Source of the DNA: the human T2T-CHM13v2.0 reference genome, Homo sapiens
Assembly: GCF_009914755.1 (NCBI RefSeq)
Contig: NC_060938.1
Reading direction: 5' to 3' (one strand)
Length of the DNA stretch: 64,000 nt
Shown here piece after piece: positions 42,602-54,633 of the stretch. The notes beneath the pieces were generated by a model. It did no database searches. It saw only the letters and a program-made list of their open reading frames with translations, and was not told the DNA's origin. The position numbers and the translations under genes were made by a program. The first letter of the stretch is position 1. The number at the start of each line of letters is the position of its first letter.

Positions 42602-43061
42602 AGGCCCTTTGCCAAGAGCCAGTCGCCCCAAGGTTGTAGGACAGACAGACCTTGGAGTAACCTCCCAGACTCAGCGTACTGCTAGGCCTTTCTGCAGGCA
42701 TGCAAACTGCCATCAGCTGCCATTTCTTTTTCTTTCTTTCTTTTTTTTTTAAAATTTTACTTTAAATTCTGGGGTACATGTGCAGAACATGTAGTTTTGT
42801 TACATAGGAATACACGTGCCATGGTGGTTTGCTGCACACATCAACCCGTCAGCTACATTAAGTATTTCTCCTAATGCTATCCCTCTCCTAACTCCCAACC
42901 CCTCGACAGGCCCCGGTGTGTGATGTTCCCCTCCCTGTGTCCATGTGTTCTAATTGTGCAACTCCCACTTATGAGTGAGAACATGCAGTATTTGGTTTTC
43001 TGTTCTTGTGTTAGTTTGCTGAGAATGATGGTTTCCAGCTTCATCCATGACCCTGCAAAGG
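42565..43061 (-). mobile_element. 5'-truncated L1PA (PA7/8-like, about 310 bp) with 124-bp 3' transduction and second poly(A)
   Basis: Order on +: ctcttgttc (42556-42564), T31, unique 42599-42722, degenerate T-tail, L1 3' UTR, ctcttgttc (43062-43070), attttttaa. Confidence 0.85.
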
Positions 43062-44136
43062 CTCTTGTTCATTTTTTAAGGCCTTTCTCTATTTCCCATG
43101 GCCCACAATGCCGAGTCACTTTGTAATGCAGTTTCTGGACTTTGACTCAAGCTACTTAATCTCAGTGCTATCAGTAACCCAGCCCATTCTTTCATCACTC
43201 ACTTTCTCTAAGATAAATGAATCGAAGCTGTTTTAATCCAGATATTTCTAATCGTCTTTGCATTGCTGGTGGATTTTTTTTTTTTAACCCAAAGGACTTT
43301 ACTGAAATATTTGCTAGGTAAATGGTATAATTTATAGTCAGTATAAAAATTGCCTTTTGTTTTCTTCTCTGTCTTCTATTCTTCTCTTAAAACACAACCT
43401 ATTTCCTATTTCAACACTTTTGTACACATTCTGTTAAACAGCAGTAAGAAAGTGCACATGCCTCATATTCTTTTCAGATCTCACTCATAATTTTACAGAA
43501 AGAACCAAGTTAAAATTTCAAAAGAAAATGTCACTCAAGGATCACAAGAAAGCCATCCCTATCATTTTATTAAATATATGATGACATTCTGATGCTTAGA
43601 AATTGCAAAATATGTGCAATTTTACTTGAAAGTCTGCCTCTGTTCTATTTAATATATATTTTAACAAAAATGTGTGTGTATACGATTGCCCAAAGAAATA
43701 TGAATTTATACTACCATGACATAGAAATTGACTTTTACTTGATGGAAAAACCCAATGTTGAGACCTAAAGAAATTAACAGTCTCATGCAGAGAATTGTAC
43801 ACATCCCTTAAAACACATGAATGGGGAAATGCAGATCAACATGAAGAATATGATATAATTTTGGGTGAATAAAAACCCTATATTTATGTACATCTTTTAA
43901 AACATATAGCACATTTTTGAAAAAGTGCATTTTGAATCATTTTAAGTTTTTACTTTTGTATAAACTTAGGATAAACAATGGGGATCCATCATATTTACCT
44001 TAGTGTAAATAAAATATAGGCCTATACGAGTCATTTAAGTTCATTGCATAAACATATGTTTCCACTGAAATTTTAAAGTAATAAGAACATAAATATTAGA
44101 TATTTTTTCATGTTTATTTATGCATTTCACATTAAC

Positions 44137-44510
44137 TGTATTAGTCATGATAGTCTTGGTTATGCTGTGGTAACAGAGTCCTAAAATCTCAGAGGCCTTC
44201 AAAACCAAAAGCATGCCTATCTCCCATGCTATTTTCCCGCTACAAATTGTCCAGAATAATAGAATAGCCTGAGGTGTGAGAATATACAGTTCTCTAAGCA
44301 GGGTGAAAGAGAATAATAGCAAACCACCTTTTGGTTCTTAAAACTTCTGATAAGATGTGACACACATTACTTCTGTTCATATTTCATTGGCTAAAACATG
44401 TTATTTTCCCATACCTGAGTGAAACAGAGCAGGGATGAGTAATAGTTCTCTAGGGTAGGGTACTACAGACATGAATATTGAATAAAGCCCTTTTCAGTTC
44501 TCTACAATCT
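44137..44510 (-). mobile_element. Old MLT1 (H/I/J-like) LTR
   Basis: tgtattagtca...ggttatgctgtggtaaca...aaaatctcagaggc and cacattacttctgttcatatttcattggctaaa. Confidence 0.65.
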
Positions 44511-45877
44511 CTTGACTCTCTCAAATTCAGTCACTGGCCTTTGAAGGCAGAAAACAAGTACACTACAGTTTAGCTGTCCCCCACCCTGAACTCAATACTT
44601 GGTTTCTAATAAGTAAAAAACAAGCCTCCATGACTGATTTATTAGTGGGTTCACAGTTTAATTTGGACTTATTGTGTGTATTTATGTCCACAATATGTAC
44701 TATATTTGCAAACTATATGTTTACCATAGATACATATAAAATTTTCATTTGACTATAATTCATTTAGCAAATTAAAAAATGTGACTGCTTTAACTTTATT
44801 GATACTTTGGAATTGTTTAAAAGGTAGTTATTTACTCCTCCATTATGACCATTGTTATACAACAAAAAGCATTAAGATATGAGTTCAGCTGAAATCAGAA
44901 CATGGTGGGACACATCTATCACTCTTAATCAGGTTTTGCATATAGTGCAGTGTGGATAAAGACAAGAATTATCTGCTTACCATGAGTAAAGCCTATCTCA
45001 GTTATGGATAATTTGTGATATGGTTTCCTCACTTAACCTTTCCCTTTCATGGATAGTTTTTATTCCTTTAACTGCATTACACAAGGTTGTAGTTTTTAAA
45101 ATGTGACGATCCAAAGTTTCAAAAGACCATTTTATAAACTATTCTAATACTTATTAAGTACTGAAGCATAAAACGCCTGAATTTTTCTATAGCTACTGTA
45201 ATATTGAGGAACACTACAGGCAAAGCACAAAAACTAAGAAACAGAAATCTAAATTTGTAATCTAGAAATGTTTATATACTATTAATAAGTTCAGCTAGTG
45301 TGTGCAAATGGAGATGTCTATGTATTTATGTCTTAAGAGTTTTATTCCCAGGTTTTGTACATGAAAAGCTCTTATTGAAATCAGGGTTAGAATGAGCGAT
45401 TTCTTATATTTTTCTCCTGCAAAATTAAGTGATTGACATAGCCAAAGAAATTGTTAGACACCTAGAAATACACATACATTGACGAATACAATCATGTACT
45501 ACCAACTGTCATTTGGTAGCATGTGATACAATGACACAGTAAAACAGGAAAAAGAAACCATTCATGCAAAAGTTTACAAAGCATTATTATTATAAATTAT
45601 TATTCCTATTATAAATAAGAATGAAACACAGTTTATCAACACTTTCCTGGCAGGTGATAATAAGAGTGAAAATTAATAAGGGAAAAGCAACATACTGTTC
45701 TATAGGTATTGTCAAATGATGGCAAATGGAACACTGGTGGCCCCATAGCCAAGTTTATCTCTCACTGCATGAAAGTACGCATTTAACTGAGAAATGCACA
45801 GAAAAGGCATGCTACAGGTAAACTAACTGAAGTGAACAGGAAACATATGCTGCAGGTAAATACTGAAGAAATATTAG

Positions 45878-45965
45878 CCCATTTATGCCTGAGGTTGAAA
45901 TTTTTTGAATTTTTGCAATCAGACTTTGGCGATGACCTTGAGCAGTAGGATATAAATAACTCCCA
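45878..45965 (-). mobile_element. MER85 (piggyBac/PGBD3-derived MITE), truncated
   Basis: tta(g)|cccatttatgcctgaggttgaaattttttgaatttttgcaatcagactttggcgatgaccttgagcagtaggatataaataactccca closely matches MER85; the other end is absent. Confidence 0.88.
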
Positions 45966-46821
45966 ATGCTATCCCTCCCTCAGCCCCCCACCCCCGACAG
46001 GCCCCCAGTGTGGATGCCCCCTGCCCTGTGTCCATGTGTTCTCACTGTTCAACTCCCACTTATGAGTGAGAATATGCGGTGTTCGGTTTTCTGTTCTTGT
46101 GTTAGTTTGCTGAGGATGATGGGTTTCTAGCTTCATCCATGTCCCTGCAAAGCACTTGAGCTCATCCTTTTTTATGGATGCATAGTATTCCATGGTATAT
46201 GTGTGCCACATTTTATTTATCAGGTCTATCATTGATGGGCATTTGGGTTGGTTCCAAGTCTTTGCTATTGTGAACAGTGCCACAATAAACATACGTGTGC
46301 ATGTGTCTTTATAGTAGAATGATTTATAATCTTTTGGGTATATACCCAGTAATGGTATCGCTGGGTCAAATGGTATTTCTAGTTCTAGATCCTTGAGGAA
46401 TCGCCACACTGTCTTCCACAATGGTTGGACTAATTTAGACTCCCAACAGGGTACAAGCATTTCTACTTCTCCACATCCTCTACAGCATCTGTTGTTTCCT
46501 GACTTTTTAATGATCGCCATTCTAACTGGTGTGAGATGGTATTTCATTATGGTTTTGATTTGCATTTCTCTAATGAGCAGTGATGATGAGCTTTTTTTCA
46601 TATGTTTGTTGGCTGCATAAATGTCTTCTTTTGAGAAGTGTCTGTTCATATCCTTTGCCCACTTTTTGATTTGTTTTTTTCTTGTAAATGTGATAGCATT
46701 AGGAGAAATACGTAATGTAGATGACGGGTTGATGGGTGCAGCAAACCACAATAGTACGTGTATACCTATGTAACAAACATGCACATTCTGCACATGTACC
46801 CCAGAACTTAAATTATAATAA
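45966..46821 (+). mobile_element. L1PA (PA7-like) with 5' inversion: antisense piece 45966-46689, sense 3' end 46692-46821
   Basis: The inverted piece begins aatgctatccctccc and the sense piece begins gatagcattaggag, which are adjacent and overlapping in L1 RNA. Confidence 0.92.
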
Positions 46822-46889
46822 AAATAAACTACTGATAAAAATAGAAATAAAAATAGAAATAAAAAATAGAAATAGATAATAAAAATAGA

Positions 46890-49240
46890 AATAAACTACT
46901 GATACAACATGGATGAACTTAGTTCCTTCTATGAAGTACTCTACAGGCAACACTAAATTGTGAAGACCAAAAACTTTCCCTCTAAGTGATAAAGAAAAAT
47001 GCCCACACTCCTCTATAGTCAACCTTGCAATTGGTAGTAAAATAAATGATAGGCATAAAGTTCAGAAAGAGAGAAGTAAAAACAATCATGTTTGCCACGG
47101 ATATAATTGTTTGTATGGAAAATCACAAGGAATCTGCAAAACAACCGAGGGTACTAAAAAGTGACTTTTGAAAGATGGATGGAAGCAAAAATCAATAGTA
47201 ATTTTATATACTAGTAATTATAAATAGCTAATTGCTGGGCTTAATATCTAGGTGATGGGTTGATAGATGCAGCAAACCACCATGGCACATGTTTACCTAT
47301 GTAACAAACCGGCACATCCTGCACATGTACCCTGGAACATAAATAAAAATTAAAAAAACAAAGCTGAAACTATTCAATGTATGATAGCATCAGAAAAGAA
47401 AATATTGAAAAATAAAGTTCTGTATATTAAAAACAACAAAATATTACTGAGAAAAATTTTATACTCAAGTAAGTAGTGAGATAGACAATTTTATAGATCA
47501 AATAACTCAATATTATTATGATGGCAATTTACCCCAAACTGGATCTGTACATTCATTACAATGCCAATTGTAATACCACAGGGTTTTTTTTTTAATAAAA
47601 TTGGCAAACTGATGCCAAAATCTGTACGAAAACTCAAAGGATTTAGAATATCCAGAATAACCCTAAGAAAAGAAGACTTACATTACCTAACTTCAAGACC
47701 TAATATAAACATATGGAGCAACCAGATCTCTTACACATTGGTAGCGAGGGTATAAAATGGAACAACCACTATGGAAAAATGTTTAATCTTTTCATATAAC
47801 ACTAAATATTTAGCAGCTCTAAAAGATAGAAATTCTACACCGGGATATGTGCCCCATCAAAATAAAATCCTGTTTACCAAAATACTTGTATAAGAATGTT
47901 TTTAAGAGTTTAAATAAAAAATAGGCAAACCCTGGAATTGGCCCACATAGACATGAAGAGGCAAATGGATAAACACGTTGTGGTATCTTCACACAATGGA
48001 AAAGTATACTGTAAAAAAAAATTTATTACATAAGCATATGCATAAGCCAAAACTCACCAGATGATGCACTTAATATACTAATTTCATTGTATGTCAGTTT
48101 TAAGGGAAAAAATAATAACTGTAAACAAATATCAAATTCTAGTTAATGGTATTTATGCTGAAGTTATTCAGGGTAAACTGTACTGTTGCCTGCAACATAT
48201 TTAAAGTACATTCAACAAATAAGATAATTAATGGATATGTAAGTAATAAATCAAGGCTAAAATAAAAATCGTGGCATTTAAATGATAGATATATGTTATA
48301 TATTGGAAATTTAATTGGATATTTAATTGGATATTAAATAACACAATTTTTCAACTTTCTTGATATTATAAATTTTTGTAAGAAGATGTTTGTTGCAAAA
48401 ATTGTAAACCTGGTTTACATTATAAGTCATATGATTATTATATTTATAATGAAGTTAAGGTTATGGTAAAGTTTAAAACATATAAAAATAAGTTACATCT
48501 CTAGTAATGAGAGTTTTTTTAAACAATCCATAAAACTGGTAATTGTAGAAGAAAATAATGCAAAATTTAAATGGAATATATTGTAAACACTTCTCTGCTG
48601 AGAAAGTGTTGACAAAATAATATCTCAAGCCAAAAACATGAAAATATTTCAACTAATATATTAATATTCAAAATATATAAAGAAATCAAATATTAACATG
48701 AAGAAAATATTACAAGAGAGAAATAGATAAAACTGTGAATATTTCACAGAAGAAATAAAAATAGAGAAGAAATCTATGAAAATATGGTCAGTCTGATTAT
48801 AATTCATATTAAGAGCATAAATAAGGAAAAACACTTATATACACTAAATTCATGATGGAAGAAAGGAGGTCTAAAGATTACAAACTGTGGTGACAAGATT
48901 AATCAAATGGGATTCTTACACATCACTGGTGGGAATGTAAGTTGATTCAACCACTGTGCAAAACAATTTGGTTTTATCTTGTGAAACTGTGCATATATCT
49001 TCAGCCTGCAGATATATAGAAACACAGAGACATTCTTGCATATATGAACCAGGAGATATATTCCAAGCAGATTTTTTCATAATAGTAAAAACCCAAAGCA
49101 ACACAAATATTCAACGATGGAAAAATAAACAGATAAACTGTGGTTTATTCAAGCAATGAAATATTTTTAAATGACAACAGTGAAATAAATAGAGCTATAT
49201 GCAACAACTTGGATGAAACTGAAACAGTTAATTTAAAAAA
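46890..49240 (+). mobile_element. Fragmented old L1M (ORF2 and 3' UTR pieces); continues about 50840-51110
   Basis: gactcaatatt-like and aaattggcaaactgat...aaactcaaagga...agaata ORF2 motifs; ggtgggaatgtaa...caaccactgtg 3' motifs. Confidence 0.6.
47236..47360 (+). mobile_element. Short L1PA 3'-end fragment
   Basis: ggcttaatatctaggtgatgggttgatagatgcagcaaaccaccatggcacatgtttacctatgtaacaaacc...aataaaaatt. Confidence 0.85.
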
Positions 49241-49245
49241 GAAGT

Positions 49246-50836
49246 TGCGCCTGGAATCCCAGCTCTTTGGGAGGCCGAGGTGGGAGGGTGACTTGAGATC
49301 AGGAGTTTGAAACCAGCCTGGCCAACGGGAGAAACCCGGTCTCTTAAAAATACAAAGATTAGCCAGGCATGTTGGCACACGCTTGTGATCCCAGCTACTG
49401 AGGGTGAGGCAGGAGAATCGCTTGAACCTGGGAGGCAGAGGTTGCCATGAGCCGAGATTGCACCACTGCACTCCTGGGCCACACAGTAGACTCAAAACAA
49501 AAACAAACACAAAACAAACAAACAAAAAACAGGCGGGCGCCATGGCTCACACCTGTAATCCCAGCACTTTGGGAGGGTGAGGCAGGCGGATCATCTGAGG
49601 TCAGGAACTCGAGACCAGCCTGGCCAAAATGGTGAAAATCTGTCTCTACTTTTAGTACAAAAATTAGCGGGGTGTGGTGGTGCACGCCTGTAATCCCAGC
49701 TACCAGGGAGGCTGAGGCAGGAGAATCACATGAACCCGGGAGACAGAGGTTTCAGTGAGACGAGATTGCGCCACTGCACTCCAGCCTGGGCGACAGAACG
49801 AGACTCTGTCTCAAATAAATAAATAAATAAATAAAATAGAAATAAAAAATATACAAATAAATAAAAGATAAAATACAAAAATTAGCTGGGCATGGTGATG
49901 CCTACCTTCAATCCTGTAATCCCACGTTCTCGGGAGGCTGAAGCAGGAGAATTGTTTGAACCTGGGAGACAGAGGTTTCAGTGAGATGAGATCGCGCCAC
50001 TGCACTCCAGCTTGGGCGACAGAGCGAGATTCTGTCTCAAAAAATAAATAAATAAATAAAATAGAAATAAAAAATTATAAATAAATAAAAGATAAAATAC
50101 AGAAGTTAGCTGGGCATGGTGATGCCCACCTGTAATCCTGTAATCCCAGCTTCTCGGGAGGCTGAAGCAGCAGAATCGCTTGAACCTGGGAGGCGGATGT
50201 TGCAGATCATGCCACTGCACTCCAGGCTGGGCGATAGAGCAAGACTCCTAAATATATATATATATACACATACATACACATACACATACATACATACATA
50301 CATATATATATGGGTGTGTATATGTATATGTTTGTATCTATACATATACATAACAATTACAAAATTTAGCCAGGCGTGGTGGTGCACGGCAGTAGTCACA
50401 GCTTCTTGGGAGGCAGAGGCAGGAGAATTGCTTGAACCCGGGAGGCGAAGGTTACAGTGAGCCAAGATTGAGCCATTGTACTCCAGCCTGGGAGATAGAG
50501 TAAGACTCTGTCAAAAAAATAAATAATAAAAAAAAAGGTCCAGGTGCAATGGCTCACACCTATAATCCTAGAGGTTTGGGAGGCCGAGGTCGGTGGATCC
50601 CCTGAGGTCAAAAGTTCAGGACCAGCCTCGCCAAAATGGTGAAACCCTGTCTCTACTAAAAATATACAAATTAGCCGGGCATGGTGGCATGCAACTATAA
50701 TCCCAGATACTCAGGAGGCTGAGGCAGGAGAATAGCTTGAACCTGGGAGTCAGAGGTTGCAGGGAGCAGAGATCATGCCACTGCACTCCAGCCTGGGCAA
50801 CAAGAGCGAACCTTTGTATCCAGAAAAAAAAAAAAA
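49246..50836 (+). mobile_element. Head-to-tail Alu array: Alus at 49246-49530 and 49531-49830, right monomers at about 49870-50060, 50095-50252 and 50355-50536, Alu at 50537-50836
   Basis: All six units are on + strand, joined by A-rich or (TA/CA)n linkers. Confidence 0.92.
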
Positions 50837-51269
50837 GGTGCAGCAGAGCACAGGGAGTACCGTAACATTTTAATACAGTTCAATCAATAACAAGAATAAG
50901 CAATGTGTATATGCATAAGTGGTGACCTTATTTTAAAGTCAAGAGAAAGATGCCAGGGCAGAGGCAGGAGGAAACACAGGTGTAGCTTTAGCTGTTGTTA
51001 CTTGTCTAGTTTTTAACCGAGTTTATGTGACTGTAAGTGTTCACTTTATTATTATGATTCATAATATCCCTAGATATTACATTTATTTTTTATATGAATT
51101 ATTTACGGCACATACATGGCACAAGCACTGCAGCATTCAGTTTCCCTTTTTGTAAAATGGGAATTTTGACATTTGTAGACATTAACTCAGTTAAATACTA
51201 ATTTCAACAAGAAGTAGGTAATGGTTTGTGTCATCAGATGTATTATCTAGAAGTTCGGGTTTTGGTTTT

Positions 51270-51470
51270 AAACACACTTGAGTTTTAATACTTAAATTTG
51301 TATTTCCTAACTGTGGGATTCAGAGCAAATCATCTGAGAGTTATCTAATCCTCATTTTCCTGATTTCTGTATCTACCTCCCGAAGGTGTTGTGGAGGTTA
51401 AGTAAGTAACTCCATATCACTTAGCACTGTGCTTGATGGTGTCAATATCATAACTACTCAATACACAAAT
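51270..51470 (+). mobile_element. MIR fragment
   Basis: atctacctcccgaaggtgttgtggaggttaagtaag...cacttagcactgtgcttg. Confidence 0.6.
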
Positions 51471-52315
51471 AAACATTCTATATAATCAGTAATCTTAAAA
51501 TGTTTTGATTTATTACCCTGAATGACCACAGAATTGGCATTTTATACAATTAGTGCAAAATAGAAGAGTGAGTTGAAATAAATGACTTTGAAAGACTCTT
51601 ACAGTTTGTAATACTTTCCAGAAGTGTAAAATATGAGAACAAAGAGTGTACCGTATTATTCTTTTCATAAATTAACTAAAGTGGCAACATATCCCCAGTT
51701 ACTATAAAAGTCAATGTCGTATTAGGATGAATCTGGAGTTTGATTCGTCTTATAAATTCTTTCTTGTTTAGTATTATTAAACTAAATTTTTATGACTAAA
51801 TAATATATCAGATTTAAGAATTTAGGTCTCTCTATGAAGTTCACTTCTATTTCTTTTTTGTTGAGATTTTATTATAAATGCTTCTATTAAAGAAGTCATG
51901 TGATTTTCTTTGCTTTCCTTTTAATAAACCAAATTATTTTGACTTTCAAATGTTCAAACAACCTTGTATTCGTCAGTAGACAAACCCTATTGAGTTACGA
52001 AGTATTATCCATTATATATTTTCTACAATTTAGTTTATCAATATATTTTTAAGATATTTTGCATCCATATTAGGAAGAAGAGTGATCTGTACTTTTTTTT
52101 TCATACTGTTTTGGTCAGGTTTTGGTACATGGATTATGCTGATCTCACAAAACAAGTTGAGCCATGTTTACTCATCTTCTATTCTCTCAAAATGTTTTTG
52201 CAAGATTGGTGTTATCTCTTCTTTAAATGTTTTATAGAATTCACCTTTGGTTTTTTTTTTTTTTTTTTTGAAGGAAAGTTTTCTGAAAACATGTTCAATT
52301 TCTTGAGCAGATACA

Positions 52316-52682
52316 TGATATGGTTTGGATTTGTGTCCCTGCCCAAATCCCATGTCAAATTGGAGGAGGGGCCTGGGAGAAAGTGATTGGATCATGGGGG
52401 CAGATTTCCCTCTTGGTGTTCTCATAATAGTTAGTGAGCTCTCATGAGATTTGATGGTTTAAAAGTGTGTGGACTTCCCTCTTCACTCTCTCTCGCTCCT
52501 GCTGCCCTGTGGAGATGTCCTTGCTTTCCCTTCACCTTCCACCATAATTGAAAGTTTCCTGAGGCCTTCTAGTCATGCTTCCTAGTAAGCCTGAGGAAGT
52601 GTGAGTCAATTAAACCTCTTTTCTTCATATATTTCTGAGTCTCAGGTAATTCTTTATAACAGTGTGAGAACAGACTAATACA
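52316..52682 (+). mobile_element. Solo MaLR LTR (THE1D/MSTA-like)
   Basis: tgatatggtttggatttgtgtccc ... gagtcaattaaacctctt ... gactaataca; TSD ata(c/t)a. Confidence 0.9.
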
Positions 52683-54303
52683 ATATAGTACCATTCAGAG
52701 TTTCTGTTTCATCTATGTCAAATTTGATGAGTGGCATTTTTTAGGAGTTTTTCTATTTTATTTAAATTTTCAAATTTGTTGGTAAAAAATTGTTCACAGT
52801 ATTTACTTATAATTATTTTAACATTTTTAGTTTCTGAACTGACAACTCCTCTTTTATTCCTGAAATTGTTGATTTGAGATTTGTTTTTTCCCCTTGTAAA
52901 TCTAGTTAAGAGTTGATCAATTTTGCATATCTTTTCAATTGCCAACATTTGACTTTGTTAATTGTCTTTTATTGTATAATTTTTTATCATTAATTAATGA
53001 TGTTTATTATTTTATTCTGTTTGCCTCATTAATTAAGATATTTAGGTACATATGAGGTGCACCTCTTTCTCCTTATTAATGCTGTTTGCATTGCATTATA
53101 CTGTACTTGTATATTATCAATATAGCGATCTTAATTTTCATTCTGAGTATCTACTTGGAATGATATTTTCTGTTATTTTAACTCTCAGCCTACTTATATA
53201 AAGTAGTCTCTCATAAATGGCTTATTCATGGACATAATTTTTATACCATCAGACAATTTCTACCTTTTAACTCATATTTCAATTAACTTTCTTTTGATAA
53301 TCAGTATAGTTGGACTTATTTCTTCCCTAACTACATTTTGCTTTGTATTTTTGTTGGATTTGTAGCACACGCATTTTCCTACCAATTTTGAAATTATATC
53401 ATACTTCTAATTTTTTAATTGTCATCTTTGAAATTTTACCTTGCATACTAGAAATAAAATCTAAATTATGTGCGGGTATCAACTATCTTCTAAATAAAAC
53501 AGGGACATTAGAACACTTAATTTGAATCACCCCTTCTGACATACATTCTATTATTGTCTGGATATTTTTTGTCATTAAACTTAAATCTAAATATTATGCA
53601 TCATTATTACTATTTTGATTATTATTGTTTAAAAACTTTTGTCTATATACATATATGTGTATACACACATATATAATAAGTGTCTTTGCTCAGTGTTCAC
53701 TCTTGTGTATTTTATCATTCTTGAATCAGTATCTTTCTTTCTTAAGTATACCTTAAAAATATGCTTTAGCAGAAGATCTATTGGTGATAAATTCAGCTTT
53801 TCTTTCCATGGTAATATCTTCTTTCCACATCCATTCTAGAAAGAATTATCATGGCTACACAATACAATCTCAGATTGACATGTTTTTCTTAGCATTTGGA
53901 AAAAATTATTCAACTTAATTCTCTTCCATTGTTGCTGTTGAAGCAACCATCATCAGTCTTTCTTTTATATTCCTTTTAGACACCTGTGTTTAAAACTTTT
54001 TCTATGCTTTTTTTAAAACTTTGTTACTAAAATTTATCTGGATATAGATATTTTTAGATATCCTATTTGATATATATCCTGGTACATATAATTGTAGATT
54101 TATATATTTTTCAACGGTTCTGGAAAAATTTCAGCCATTTATCTCTTTGAATGTTTTAATTTCATGAATTCTATAATTGACTTTTTCTCTTTCAGACTTA
54201 CATTTTTCATTTTATCGTAAATATATATTATTTTCTTTTGAATATATTTTATCTACTTTTCTCTCTATTGCATTTAGGATGATGTATTTAAATATATCTT
54301 GAA

Positions 54304-54633
54304 GGCTGGGCATAGTGGCTCATGCCTGTAATCCCAGCAATTTGGGTGGCTGAGGCAGAAGGATTGCTGAAGCCCAGGAGTTCAAGAACAACCTGAGCAG
54401 CAAAGTGAGACCTCCCATCTACTTAAAAAAGAAAAAAAAAGAAAAAGAGAAATAATAGCCAATCATGGTGGTGCCTGTGATCCCAGTGATCCCAGCTACT
54501 AGAGAGGGTGAGGTGGGAAGATCGCTTGAATTCAGGAGTTTGAGGTTGCAGTGAGCTATGATTCCACAAACACACTCCAACCTGGGCTACAGAGCAAGAC
54601 TCTTTCTCAAAAACAAACAAACCATAAAAGCAC
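54304..54633 (+). mobile_element. AluJ, full length
   Basis: gcccaggagttcaag and gagctatgatt diagnostics; TSD atatatctt(g/t)aa. Confidence 0.92.

Noticed and set aside
42599-42722. Transduced segment as a snoRNA retrocopy
   Set aside because: No convincing C/D boxes or terminal ACA are visible; would need an Rfam hit.
45725-45736. aatggaacactg, resembling the missing MER85 end
   Set aside because: Only about 11 nt, on the wrong side of the element and with no TIR continuation; likely chance.
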